DNA from: an uncultured Slackia sp.
GTDB taxonomy: Bacteria > Actinomycetota > Coriobacteriia > Coriobacteriales > Eggerthellaceae
Assembly: GCA_934661005.1 (NCBI GenBank)
Contig: CAKUIK010000003.1
Span: forward strand, 998 to 64,997
DNA: 64,000 bases
Reading direction: 5' to 3'
Part shown: positions 1 to 9,043 of the stretch, piece after piece
Layout of the letters: every line of letters begins with the position of its first letter
How positions within the stretch are numbered: position 1 is the first letter of the stretch
Made by a program: the position numbers and the translations under genes
The notes under the pieces: generated by a model
Database searches by the model: none
What the model was told of the DNA's origin: nothing
What the model saw: only the letters and a program-made list of their open reading frames with translations

Positions 1-1612
1 AGTTCTTATCTTCGTCGATGGCGTCTTCGCCGCCCCAAACTTCCTTGGCGATCTCGCGCTTCTTCTCGATAGGCAAGCCGCAGCCCTGGAAGTTAACGGC
101 GGAGTGAATCATGTCGTCGCGGTTGAACATCATGTTGTACACGCCGCCAACCTGGCCGAAGCACTCGATCGAGTGGTGCACGGGCCAGCCGCGGTAGTTG
201 ATCAGCTGGCTCGCAGTGGTGTCGAACCAGGTCATGTCGTCCCAGCGCTTGCACCAAACAATGGGGCCGTGCGCGATGTAGCTCATCTCGTTGTCGTTCT
301 GCGCGATATGACGCAGGATTTTCGGCATGATGGATGGGTCGTTGTTCTTAAACGCGTCCCAATCGAACATGTTGTACTCGTCTTCGGGAAGCACGCGCTT
401 GAAGACGCCGGCTGAGATGCAATGCGCGAGGTCGCGGTAGAGCTGCGCGTAGTTGCACCACAAGCCCAAATCGTCCACCGTGGAGCCGATGACCTGGTTC
501 CAAATAACGCCGTCCTCGGAGTTGTTCACCACGCCGCCTGCCTGATCCTTCAGAATAGGAATCATATACAGGTACGGGAAGTTCGGCACGCAGGTGTTGC
601 CCGTGATTTCAAAGCCTCCATGCTCGGCAGAGCCGGGAATGCGCATGTCGGAATAGCAGTGAATCGGGCAGCTGTGGCAGCCGTTCATCTTAATGGTGTA
701 TTTCTCGGCGTCGGGGCCGTCGTCTTTGGTGGACTTCATGCAGCGATAGCCAACGGTGTTGAGCTCGCCAGGCTTCGGCTCGCCGGTCTCGACAGCGCCG
801 CCTTCTGCCTGAGCCCAGTACAGGCCCTTGCGAGCGGTCCAGCGGCTGCCCTTGTCGTAGTACTCAGCCCATTCCTGCTGGGTGGAAGGCACGACGTGGT
901 TGTTGTTGGAACCCACGATGTCGGAAATCATGTAGTCGGAAAGCTCGGCGATGGCTTTCGGGTCGGCGACATTCACGCTGCCGTCGCCCTCGATGGCGAT
1001 TGCCTTGCATTTCTTAGAGCCCAGAATGGAACCCAGGCCAGCGCCTGCCGAGTGGTTGCGCGAGTTGATGACGCACGCATACGGCACCAGATTCTCGCCA
1101 GCGGGGCCAATGGCGGCCACGCAGAACTTGTTGCCGTCTTTGCGGCAAATGCCCTCGGTGGTGGCGCGGGTGCCCATGCCCCAAACGAACGAAGCATCTT
1201 CGATGGTGATCTTGTCGTTGAGGATCTTGATGTAGACGGGCTTGTCGGATGCGCCTTCAATAATAAGGGCGTCCCAACCGGCTAGCTTAAGCTTCGCGCC
1301 AATCATGCCGCCGCAGTGGGAGTCGACGACCAAGTGGTCGGTGGTGAAGGTGGACAGGTGCGAGAATGTGGTGCGGCCTGCCAAAGGCGTGCCCGATGCG
1401 GTGAGCGGGCCTACCGCCATAACCACTTTGCTCTCGGGGCTGAATGGATCGGTGCCCTCGGGAACTTCGTCATACATAATTTTGTTAGCGAGGCCCATGC
1501 CGCCCAGGAAATACTTGTACGGGTCGGTGGACTGGGTGGTGATTTCTCCCGTGGTCAGGTTCACTCGGGCGATCTTGCCCTGCCAACCATAGGAGACATT
1601 TTCAGTTGCCAT
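1..1612 (-). CDS. Aldehyde:ferredoxin oxidoreductase (AOR) family pterin enzyme, YdhV-like. N-terminal ~537 codons only; the C-terminus runs off the window start.
   Basis: Absent from the ORF track because there is no stop inside the window. My reverse-strand translation from ATG at 1612 reads MATENVSYGWQGKIARVNLTTGEITTQSTDPYKYFLGGMGLANKIMYDEVP..., a typical AOR N-terminal domain start. The frame stays open to position 1. Plus-strand ORFs 104-415 and 422-1285 are its antisense shadows. Confidence 0.8.
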   Translation of the reverse strand, partial: MATENVSYGWQGKIARVNLTTGEITTQSTDPYKYFLGGMGLANKIMYDEVPEGTDPFSPESKVVMAVGPLTASGTPLAGRTTFSHLSTFTTDHLVVDSHCGGMIGAKLKLAGWDALIIEGASDKPVYIKILNDKITIEDASFVWGMGTRATTEGICRKDGNKFCVAAIGPAGENLVPYACVINSRNHSAGAGLGSILGSKKCKAIAIEGDGSVNVADPKAIAELSDYMISDIVGSNNNHVVPSTQQEWAEYYDKGSRWTARKGLYWAQAEGGAVETGEPKPGELNTVGYRCMKSTKDDGPDAEKYTIKMNGCHSCPIHCYSDMRIPGSAEHGGFEITGNTCVPNFPYLYMIPILKDQAGGVVNNSEDGVIWNQVIGSTVDDLGLWCNYAQLYRDLAHCISAGVFKRVLPEDEYNMFDWDAFKNNDPSIMPKILRHIAQNDNEMSYIAHGPIVWCKRWDDMTWFDTTASQLINYRGWPVHHSIECFGQVGGVYNMMFNRDDMIHSAVNFQGCGLPIEKKREIAKEVWGGEDAIDEDKN

Positions 1613-1874
1613 GTCTTTCTCCAAGTCTTTGCTGTGACATTGAAGCGTGCGTGCGAGGACATGTGTGCGATTGACCCCCTTTTCGTGGTCGAATGTAGTG
1701 TGCGTCAAGCTTTGCCCTGCTTGTACCCTGTTGCAGGGTATTGTGCCCTTACCTGGCTTTTTATCCCCCTTCAGGGGACAGGGCATAAACGGCATCGCTC
1801 AATATACGGTACGTGCGAAGCGTGCAAGGAATCGTGCGTCAATCGAAGAGAAGTGCAAGAAGGAGGAACTCTCG

Positions 1875-2591
1875 ATGGACGAGAAGAAGGGGGAAGCGAT
1901 CCTGCCTGAAGAGCCGCAGACCGAAACTGCAGCTAAGGAATCGCCCAAGGGCTTCACTCGCCGCCAGGTAGTCGCCGGAGGCATTGGCGTTGGTCTTGTT
2001 GGCCTTATCGCCGGCGGCGCGTTGGCGAAATGGGGCGTCATCGAAGACACAATCGCGAGCGGCCGCGTGGCCGTGAACGTCACACCTACTAAGCTTATTG
2101 TTACCGACCGCGCCCGTTGCTCGGGCTGCCAGCGTTGCGAAATGATGTGCTCGCTGCGCAATGACGGTCGCGTATGCCAAACCACGGCGCGCGTGCGCGT
2201 GTGGCCGAACTATAACTTCGGCGAGGGCTCGAATGGCCCCGACGGCATCTATCGCAACTGCCAGTTCACCGTTGAGCATTGCAAGCAGTGCAAAGATGCA
2301 GCCTGCATGAAGAACTGCCCGGTGCATGCCATTTACGCTGACCCCGAGACCGGCGCGCGCGTTGTTGACACCGACAAGTGCATCGGCTGCGGATTGTGCC
2401 ACGAGGCTTGCCCGTGGAACATGCCACAAATCGATCCGGTTATCGGCAAGTCCACGAAGTGTATCGCGTGCGGCCGCTGCGCCGTGCAGTGCCCCAACGG
2501 GGCCATCAAGTTCGTCGATTGGCAAGACATCGCCCAAGAGGCGATCGACAAGGGCATCGTTCGTACGTCGACCTTGTTCCCCGAGGCTTAA
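1875..2591 (+). CDS. Tat-signal/membrane-anchored multi-[4Fe-4S] ferredoxin-type electron-transfer protein (YdhX/DmsB-like)
   Basis: AGGAGG at 1861-1866 precedes ATG 1875 inside ORF 1647..2591. FTRRQVVAGGIGVGLVGLIAGGAL is a twin-arginine signal or anchor. Cys clusters: CSGCQRCEMMC, CIGCGLCHEACP, CIACGRCAVQCP. Confidence 0.75.
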   Translation: MDEKKGEAILPEEPQTETAAKESPKGFTRRQVVAGGIGVGLVGLIAGGALAKWGVIEDTIASGRVAVNVTPTKLIVTDRARCSGCQRCEMMCSLRNDGRVCQTTARVRVWPNYNFGEGSNGPDGIYRNCQFTVEHCKQCKDAACMKNCPVHAIYADPETGARVVDTDKCIGCGLCHEACPWNMPQIDPVIGKSTKCIACGRCAVQCPNGAIKFVDWQDIAQEAIDKGIVRTSTLFPEA

Positions 2592-2630
2592 ACCTCGTGA
2601 CCAATTGACTTGCTTGAGAAAGGACACATC

Positions 2631-4793
2631 ATGGAGAGCATGATGACGAGGCGAGGATTCCTCGCCGCGGGTGCCAGCTGTGCGGCATTGGCCGCGATTG
2701 GCACCTCGACGGGTTGTTCTTCCTCGCAAACTGAGCCCCTAAGCTCAGATGCCTCTGTTACGTACACCAAAGCGACTCTGTGCGCTGGCTGTGCGAATAA
2801 ATGCGGCATCGAAGCTTGGGTGCGCGGTGGAAAATTGTGGCGCTTTATGGGCGCCGAGGGCCATCCGCATGCTGGTGGATACATGTGTGGCCGTGGTCAG
2901 GGCCTGCCTTCGCTCACGACTTCCGAAGATCGCGTGACCGAGCCCATGAAGGGTGACGGCAAAGGCGGCTTCACGAAGGTGAGCTGGGATGACGCTCTTT
3001 CCGATATCGCCAGCCACATTACGGGCGCAGGCAGCAAGGTGGCGCTGTTCCAAGATGGACGCGCAACCGACGCCTGGTATGCGAAGCGCTTTATGGCTTC
3101 TGTCGGTTCGCCGAACTACTATGACGACTCTGCGCTTACCAATGTCAATATCGATGCCGCGTACGAGGCCCTTTTGGGCACGACGCCGGTGTTCGACACG
3201 GCCAACGCCGAATACATCGTGCTGCTCGACGCGAGCGGCGATGAAACGGTGCGCCCGGTCGAGGTCAAGGAGTTCCAGAAGGTTCGCGAAAACGGTGGCT
3301 ATGTGATGGCCGTCGACCCGCGCAACGCTGGCGCCGATATGCTCGCCGACGAGTGGGTCGCCGTTCGTCCTGGCTATGAGCTGGCATTTTTGCTGGGTAT
3401 CATGGGCGATATCGCCAAGAAGCTCGACTTCGACGCGAGCTTCGTCGAGCAATACGGCGAGGGCTTCGAGGAATTCCGCACCGCGATGCTCCAATATACG
3501 CCCGAATGGGCTGCCGAGAAGTGCGGCGTGTCGCTTGACGCGATTTATTCTGCGGAGCGAGGCCTTGTGAAAGCGGCCCCGCATTGTCATGTCGATGTTC
3601 GTCCGGGCGCGCTGCTTGGCTGCGGCTACTCAACGAGCTTCGAGACCGTTCGTTGCGCGGTTCTGCTCAACGCCATGCTCGGTGCGGTGAACCAGGCGGG
3701 CGGCATGTTCCTGGCGAAGGTTCCCGCTGTTGACGAGAACGTTTTCGAGAACGCGCCGTTCACGAAGGTCTCCGCTTCCGGCGACGGCATCGCCGAGGCT
3801 GGCGAGCTGGGCGTTGCGAGCTGCCAGGAAGCTTTGGGCGCTGCTGCCAAGGGCGGAGCCGACGTGGCGCTGTTCGTTGAGTGTGACCCCGCTGCCGATT
3901 GGGCCGATTCCGCCAAGGTCGAAGAAAACCTGTCCGGCATTGGTTTCAAGGTCGTCATCGATTCGGTTCTTACCGAAACGGCGCAGAAGGCCGACTACGT
4001 GCTTCCTGCTGCGACCTATCTTGAAGTCGAAAGCGTGGTTGCCCCCGTTGCCGCTGAATGGTCGGTTGCCGAAAAGCGCAACCAGGCCGTGGCTCCTGCG
4101 GGTGAGGCTCGCGCCGTCTACCAGATCTTCACCGATCTGGCGAAGGCGTGCGGAAAGGGCGACGATTTCGCATTCGAACTCGACGACGTCAACGAAGCCT
4201 TCTGCAAGGCATACGGCATTACGCTCGACGGCTTGAACGACACCGCGTGCTGCGCCATCCCCGGCGCTTCGGTGCTCGCGGGCGATGCTCCCGCGATTGG
4301 CACTGGGTCGGGCAAGATTCCGTTTGCAGGCGACGCGTTCGAGAAGGCCGGATTGGCGCGCACCCCGCAATACGCCGATCCCACGGTTGCGCCGAACGAC
4401 CACATGCCGCGCCTTATCACGGGCGCCCAGAGCCTGCAGACGCGCACCTATACCGCCGATGCCGATAAGATCGCCGCGCTTGCGAAAGATTCCGGTGCTG
4501 AGCGCGCATGGCTCAATCCGCAAACGGCGGCCAACTTTGGCATTGCCGACGGCGATGAGGCAGAGCTTTCTACCTCCACGGGCAAAATCCGCGTGAAGGT
4601 ACGCGTGACGAGCCTTATTAGCCCGGAAGCGGTGTACGTGCCGCCTCATTATGGCGTTGAATCGAAGGAAATGGCGCAGGCTGCCGGCTATGGCGTAAGC
4701 GTGTGGGACATCGTGCCTCGCGCGAGCGACGCTGCGACCGGCGCGGGCATGGTATGCGAGGTGCCCGTCGAGATCAGGAAGGTCGGTGCATAA
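2631..4793 (+). CDS. Molybdopterin (bis-PGD) oxidoreductase catalytic subunit, Tat-exported, PsrA/PhsA-like size class
   Basis: GAAAGGA RBS before ATG 2631. MTRRGFLAAGASCAALAAIG is a Tat signal. An N-terminal C-x2-C-x3-C...C cluster motif is present (LCAGCANKCG...YMCGRGQG). ~720 aa. Confidence 0.85.
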   Translation: MESMMTRRGFLAAGASCAALAAIGTSTGCSSSQTEPLSSDASVTYTKATLCAGCANKCGIEAWVRGGKLWRFMGAEGHPHAGGYMCGRGQGLPSLTTSEDRVTEPMKGDGKGGFTKVSWDDALSDIASHITGAGSKVALFQDGRATDAWYAKRFMASVGSPNYYDDSALTNVNIDAAYEALLGTTPVFDTANAEYIVLLDASGDETVRPVEVKEFQKVRENGGYVMAVDPRNAGADMLADEWVAVRPGYELAFLLGIMGDIAKKLDFDASFVEQYGEGFEEFRTAMLQYTPEWAAEKCGVSLDAIYSAERGLVKAAPHCHVDVRPGALLGCGYSTSFETVRCAVLLNAMLGAVNQAGGMFLAKVPAVDENVFENAPFTKVSASGDGIAEAGELGVASCQEALGAAAKGGADVALFVECDPAADWADSAKVEENLSGIGFKVVIDSVLTETAQKADYVLPAATYLEVESVVAPVAAEWSVAEKRNQAVAPAGEARAVYQIFTDLAKACGKGDDFAFELDDVNEAFCKAYGITLDGLNDTACCAIPGASVLAGDAPAIGTGSGKIPFAGDAFEKAGLARTPQYADPTVAPNDHMPRLITGAQSLQTRTYTADADKIAALAKDSGAERAWLNPQTAANFGIADGDEAELSTSTGKIRVKVRVTSLISPEAVYVPPHYGVESKEMAQAAGYGVSVWDIVPRASDAATGAGMVCEVPVEIRKVGA

Positions 4794-4796
4794 GCT

Positions 4797-5336
4797 ATGG
4801 CCCGATACGGAATGGTGATCGACACGACCAAGTGCATCGGCTGCGGCGCCTGTCGCTTGGCGTGTCAGAATCAGAACGATTTGCTTTCGAGCATGCCGTT
4901 CGTGAAATTTTCCGAAGTCGAAACGGGCGTATACCCGACGGCTTCTTTGCAGGTGGTTCCTTCGCAGTGCATGCATTGCGAAGATGCGCCGTGCCAGGCG
5001 GTTTGCCCCACCGGCGCGACGTATACCAACGAAGATGGCATCGTGTGCATCGATCATGGTCGCTGCATCGGCTGCAAATACTGCATGGCCGCGTGCCCTT
5101 ACCAGGCACGTGTGGTCGACGAGCGCACGGGCGCGGTCGACAAATGCCGTTTCTGCACCGTGAGCGCTCTGAACGGTACCGAGATGTCGACTTGCGTGAC
5201 CGCGTGCCCTGCGGGCGTGCGTGTGTTCGGCGATTTGGACGACCTGAATTCGGAAGTGTCCAAGGTTCTTGCCGCAACGCATGCGACTCCGCTTCTGGGC
5301 GATGCGACCAAGTCCAAGATTTTCTACGTAAGGTAG
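4797..5336 (+). CDS. 4Fe-4S ferredoxin-type subunit (PsrB/NrfC/DmsB-like)
   Basis: Four Cys clusters (KCIGCGACRLAC, QCMHCEDAPCQAVCP, RCIGCKYCMAACP, KCRFC...CVTACP). Starts 4 nt after the catalytic-subunit stop. Confidence 0.85.
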   Translation: MARYGMVIDTTKCIGCGACRLACQNQNDLLSSMPFVKFSEVETGVYPTASLQVVPSQCMHCEDAPCQAVCPTGATYTNEDGIVCIDHGRCIGCKYCMAACPYQARVVDERTGAVDKCRFCTVSALNGTEMSTCVTACPAGVRVFGDLDDLNSEVSKVLAATHATPLLGDATKSKIFYVR

Positions 5337-5346
5337 GTGGGCGAAC

Positions 5347-6228
5347 ATGTCTTTTGAACCAGTTTGGGGCGCACCTATTGCGTGGTACCTCTTCCTTGCA
5401 GGCTTGGGCGGCGGCGCCTTCATCACTTCGGCGTTTTTGCGCTGGAAGCATCCTGAGGCGCACGGCATGCGCTTCGCGGGCCATATCATTGCCCCCGTGG
5501 TTGTTATCATCGGTTTGTTCTTGCTGATGTTCGACGCTGAGGCCGGCCTGCACAACCCGCTGCGCTTCGCGCTGCTTCTGCATAACCCGTGCTCGGTTAT
5601 GACCTGGGGCGTTGTGTTCCTGGCAGCGTTCGTGGTAATTGCGCTTATCACGCTTTTGCTCGATTGCTTGAAGAAGCAGGTTCCCGCGTGGCTTGAAATC
5701 GCGGGCTCGGTGTTCGCGGTGTGCGTGGGCGCATACACGGGCGCGCTGCTCGGCGTGTGCCAGACGTTCCCTCTGTGGAACAACGCGCTGCTGCCGATTC
5801 TGTTCTTGGTTTCGGCGGTTTCCACGGGCATGTCTTCGGTGCTGCTTGTGGGCGGCCTGAAGTTCCCCAAGGAATTCGACAGCGTGGGCGTGCTGAAGAA
5901 GTTCCACTATTGCTTCCCGATTGTCGAGCTTGTGTTGGTGGCTTCGCTGTGCTTCATCACGAGCTACAACTCCGTTGCCGGTTTCGACTCGGTGATGAGT
6001 CTCGTGTGCGGTAACTGGGCGATTTTGTTCTGGCTTGGCTTTATCGTGGTTGGCTTGGTTGCGCCTACCGCGGTTGAGACGTGGCTTCTGTTCGCGTCGA
6101 AGCCTGGCTTCGAGGAGACCCCCAAGGCGCACTGCATCGGCGCTGCCGCCGATGCAGGCGTGCTTATCGGCGGCTTCCTGCTGCGCTTCCTCATTGTTGT
6201 GGCGGCGCTGCCGGTGGCGCTGGTGTAA
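5347..6228 (+). CDS. NrfD/PsrC-type polytopic membrane anchor subunit
   Basis: 293 aa with about 8 hydrophobic helices. Sits directly after the FeS subunit, which is the classic PsrABC/PhsABC order. Confidence 0.8.
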   Translation: MSFEPVWGAPIAWYLFLAGLGGGAFITSAFLRWKHPEAHGMRFAGHIIAPVVVIIGLFLLMFDAEAGLHNPLRFALLLHNPCSVMTWGVVFLAAFVVIALITLLLDCLKKQVPAWLEIAGSVFAVCVGAYTGALLGVCQTFPLWNNALLPILFLVSAVSTGMSSVLLVGGLKFPKEFDSVGVLKKFHYCFPIVELVLVASLCFITSYNSVAGFDSVMSLVCGNWAILFWLGFIVVGLVAPTAVETWLLFASKPGFEETPKAHCIGAAADAGVLIGGFLLRFLIVVAALPVALV

Positions 6229-6280
6229 GAGGTTTTGCCGTTCTGGCGAACAGTAAACGAGGTTTTCGCTCTGTGCGAAT

Positions 6281-6314
6281 GGGGCGCTCGCTTTAAAGGC
6301 GAGCGCCCTTTTTT
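6281..6314 (+). terminator. Rho-independent terminator of the reductase operon
   Basis: GGGGCGCTCGC-tttaaa-GGCGAGCGCCC followed by TTTTTTG. Confidence 0.75.
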
Positions 6315-6374
6315 GTTTCACCTGTTAAATGCTCGTAGCGTTTAACGGGTTTGAGGCAACTAAGCTAACGCTCG

Positions 6375-6990
6375 CCGAGAAGACGTCTGATCAAAGCCGC
6401 CCATTTCAGTCTGAGATAAGCCCCCGACGAACTTCGGTGGCAAGCATTCGGCGCATTGCCTGCGATACGGGCAAGCCCTGAGGGAGCGCCGATCAGACGT
6501 CTTCGGATGGGCGTCTGTCTCTGCTCCGAAGAGAGCCCGGGGTGTAGCCTCCAAAGGCGCTCACTGCTCCGAATGGCCGATAGGAAGCTGCCGGACGCGG
6601 ATGCCACGGCCTTCCTTGAACCCTTCGGAGCCTTTCCTGTGACGGCGTCGCTTCGCGGACCTTCTGCCTGGCAGAATATCGCGCGGAAGGGTCGCGAAAT
6701 CGCCCTCGAATGGGGTTTGCGGGTTTCCGAGGGTCATTCTTACTTGAAAGTGCAGCTCGCTGGTCGCGACGAGAGTCCCTGAACTGGGGTTTTGCAAATC
6801 TCGACTCGATCGCTCGGGAATAGTCGTCGTGCTTTGTGAGGGGCGGCAGGATATGCGTCCCTCGGGACGCATATCCTGCCAGCAGAAGGAGATTTGCGCG
6901 ATTTCGCGACCCTTGGGCGCAATATTCTGCCATGTCCGAGAAGGGCGCGTTTGGCGCGCCGTCTGCGATAGGGGCAAACTCCGAGGAGCT
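6375..6990. repeat. Nested inverted and direct repeats in a ~0.9-kb non-coding stretch
   Basis: Inverted repeat 6375-6392 / 6491-6506. ~35-bp inverted repeats 6668-6703 / 6898-6932. Perfect 16-bp-arm hairpin 6845-6880. Direct repeat CTGCGATA(C/G)GGGCAA... at 6459-6486 and 6962-6988. Confidence 0.65.
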
Positions 6991-7246
6991 ACCGACCGGG
7001 CAAAAGCAATCCGCCCCGCTCTAAAGCAGCAGATTTCAGGGCATGAGCGCTGTCTGCGTCGCGGTAGTAACGAATGCGTACTTTCGGGCGCGGGTGGAGT
7101 TTTCGCGATCTGGGGCCGCTGGGTGGTAAAATCGCGGCAATCATTTGCTGCGGGCGGCAGGCGGGGTGGCCTGTACGCTGCAATCGGGCGGTTCTGCGCG
7201 AGCCCTCATCGCGCGCCCGGGAGCCTATTCGAAAGAACAACTGAAC

Positions 7247-7816
7247 ATGAGCATCGTAGAGATCGTCCTTCTGGGCGTTGCGTTGTCTATGGACGCCTTC
7301 GCCGTCACTATCTCGAACGTTTTCTGCTATCCGAACGCCTCGCGCGCACGTTTGCTCGCGTTGCCGGTTGCATTCGGCGTTTTCCAGGCGGGGATGCCGC
7401 TGCTCGGCTATTTCTTGGGCGGCATCGTGGGCGACTTCATCGAAACCTACGCGGGCATCGTCACGCTCGTTATTCTTGGCTTCATCGGCGGAAATATGAT
7501 TAAAGAAGGCGTGCAGGCGCTGCGCGGCGGCGACGATGGGGAAGAGGAAGTTTCCGAAGACGCGAACGCGCTGACGCTCAAGGTGATTTTGGTGCAGGCT
7601 GTTGCGACGAGCATCGACGCGTTTGCTGTGGGCGTGAGCCTGCGCGCGGTGAGCGTTGCCGTGGCTCCGGCTGTGAGCGTTATCGGAATCACGACGCTCC
7701 TTTGCTGCATCGTGGCGCTGGCCATTGGCAAGCGATTTGGGCATCTGCTGGGCGATCGCGCGCAAATCGTCGGTGGCGTGGTGCTTGTGCTTATCGGCAT
7801 CAAGGCGATGTTTTAA
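7247..7816 (+). CDS. mntP: Manganese efflux pump MntP (DUF204)
   Basis: MSIVEIVLLGVALSMDAFAVTISN... and a second SIDAFAVGVS repeat, giving the two-domain MntP architecture. Confidence 0.85.
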   Translation: MSIVEIVLLGVALSMDAFAVTISNVFCYPNASRARLLALPVAFGVFQAGMPLLGYFLGGIVGDFIETYAGIVTLVILGFIGGNMIKEGVQALRGGDDGEEEVSEDANALTLKVILVQAVATSIDAFAVGVSLRAVSVAVAPAVSVIGITTLLCCIVALAIGKRFGHLLGDRAQIVGGVVLVLIGIKAMF

Positions 7817-7946
7817 GGGGCTCCACGTTGACGCGACGTTGCGCGATTGTGCGACCGCGGGCCTGCAAGGCTGCCGAATTAGGGCGATACTTTCGGGTCG
7901 ACCCTGTACAATGCCTTGCAATAGAGGGTGCAGAAAGGGAAACGCC

Positions 7947-8162
7947 ATGGCAAATACAAATGTTACGATTCGTATGGATGAAGAGTTGAAAAACCAAGCG
8001 GACGAACTTTTTGAGAGCTTGGGTATGAGCTTCACGACCGCCGTGAATGTATTCGTGCGGCAAGCGCTTCGAGAGGGGGGCATTCCTTTTCGTGTGACGC
8101 AGGGGCCTAAAAGCGACCCCAATATAGATTATGGAATAGTTGGCATAAAGGATGAAAAATAA
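7947..8162 (+). CDS. RelB/DinJ-family type II antitoxin (ribbon-helix-helix); no cognate toxin is adjacent
   Basis: MANTNVTIRMDEELKNQADELFESLGMSFTTAVNVFVRQALREGGIPF. AGAAAGGGA RBS before ATG 7947. Confidence 0.75.
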   Translation: MANTNVTIRMDEELKNQADELFESLGMSFTTAVNVFVRQALREGGIPFRVTQGPKSDPNIDYGIVGIKDEK

Positions 8163-8184
8163 ACGCTCATGTTGGTTCTATAGT

Positions 8185-8220
8185 AGTATAAATGCACATA
8201 AAATTATGTGCATTTATACT
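8185..8220. promoter_or_regulatory. Perfect 17-bp-arm palindrome overlapping TATACTATAAT; candidate hicAB operator/promoter, or terminator of the upstream antitoxin gene
   Basis: AGTATAAATGCACATAA-aa-TTATGTGCATTTATACT, in an AT-rich spacer. Confidence 0.5.
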
Positions 8221-8295
8221 ATAATGGCATCGTAAACGAAAGTTTTGCCTTTACTAATGCTTACGCAAGCGTTAGTATTAATTAAGGAGAACAAG

Positions 8296-8481
8296 ATGCC
8301 GCCGAAGCCGCCTGAAATTTATCGTTGGGCAATAAAGAACGGTTGGGACGACAAAGGCGGCAGGGGCTCTCATCGCAAGCTAGAGAAGAACGGCAAAGTG
8401 GTTATCGTTCCCTACCATCGCCAAGAATTGGCACGAGGAACGTGGCTGCGTATCAAGCGCGATTTGGGCTATCCCGATTAA
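8296..8481 (+). CDS. hicA: HicA toxin (mRNA interferase)
   Basis: MPPKPPEIYRWAIKNGWDDKGGRGSHRKLEKNGKVVIVPYH. AAGGAGA RBS before ATG 8296. Confidence 0.85.
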   Translation: MPPKPPEIYRWAIKNGWDDKGGRGSHRKLEKNGKVVIVPYHRQELARGTWLRIKRDLGYPD

Positions 8482-8495
8482 GGCGGTGAGTCGTT

Positions 8496-8942
8496 ATGCG
8501 CTATACCTATCCATTGGTGTTCGAAAAAAACGAGCTGGGCGGCTACAGCGTGTGGGCGATAGATTTGCCCGAGTGCTATACCGATGGCGATTCGTTTGAA
8601 GATGCAATCAGCATGGCGGGCGAGGCGATGGAACTCGTGATTGAATCGTATATCGATAATGCCCGAACGCTCCCGAGCCCGTCGTTGGAATATGAACCAA
8701 AAAAAGGCGAGCGCGTCGCGTTCGTTTCCTGCAATATCGATGAAGAAAATCGTCTCGTAAACTCTCATTCTGCGGCGTCGCTTCTTGGCGTGAGCGACGC
8801 GCGCGTTCGTCAACTTATTCGAAGTGGTCAGCTCGAATCGAAAAAACAAGGGCGCGACAATTACGTCTATCTGTGGAGTGTGCGCGACAGACTCAACGCG
8901 CCGCGATCGGCGGGTCGGCCGATTTCATCTGTAACTGCATAG
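8496..8942 (+). CDS. hicB: HicB antitoxin with C-terminal HTH DNA-binding domain
   Basis: MRYTYPLVFEKNELGGYSVWAIDLPECYTDGDSFEDAI is a HicB N-domain. The C-terminal part LLGVSDARVRQLIRSGQL is an HTH. Confidence 0.8.
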   Translation: MRYTYPLVFEKNELGGYSVWAIDLPECYTDGDSFEDAISMAGEAMELVIESYIDNARTLPSPSLEYEPKKGERVAFVSCNIDEENRLVNSHSAASLLGVSDARVRQLIRSGQLESKKQGRDNYVYLWSVRDRLNAPRSAGRPISSVTA

Positions 8943-9043
8943 CGTTCTCTGTTCGCGTTCTTGCGGTCTTCCGGTGAATGCGCGTGAATTGGGGTACAAT
9001 TCTAGGTTGCCTATATGAATCAATCGGCCGAAAGGATTGCGCC

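Noticed and set aside
104-1285. Plus-strand ORFs 104-415 (103 aa) and 422-1285 (287 aa), plus overlapping ORFs up to 1909
   Set aside because: Their composition is V/H/A/G-rich with no recognisable motifs. They lie exactly antisense to a clean AOR-family reading frame that runs from 1612 to the window edge.
3630-6321. Very long minus-strand ORFs (746 aa at 3630-5870; 508 aa at 4795-6321)
   Set aside because: These are Arg/Ala/His-rich antisense shadows of the molybdopterin reductase, FeS and NrfD genes. They have no RBS or domain signatures. Long antisense ORFs are expected in GC-rich DNA.
7020-7246. yybP-ykoY manganese riboswitch expected upstream of mntP
   Set aside because: I could not find the conserved GGGGAGUAG and 3' GAGAGAC-type strings or the four-helix layout in the 230 nt before the start codon. 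An Rfam scan would be decisive.
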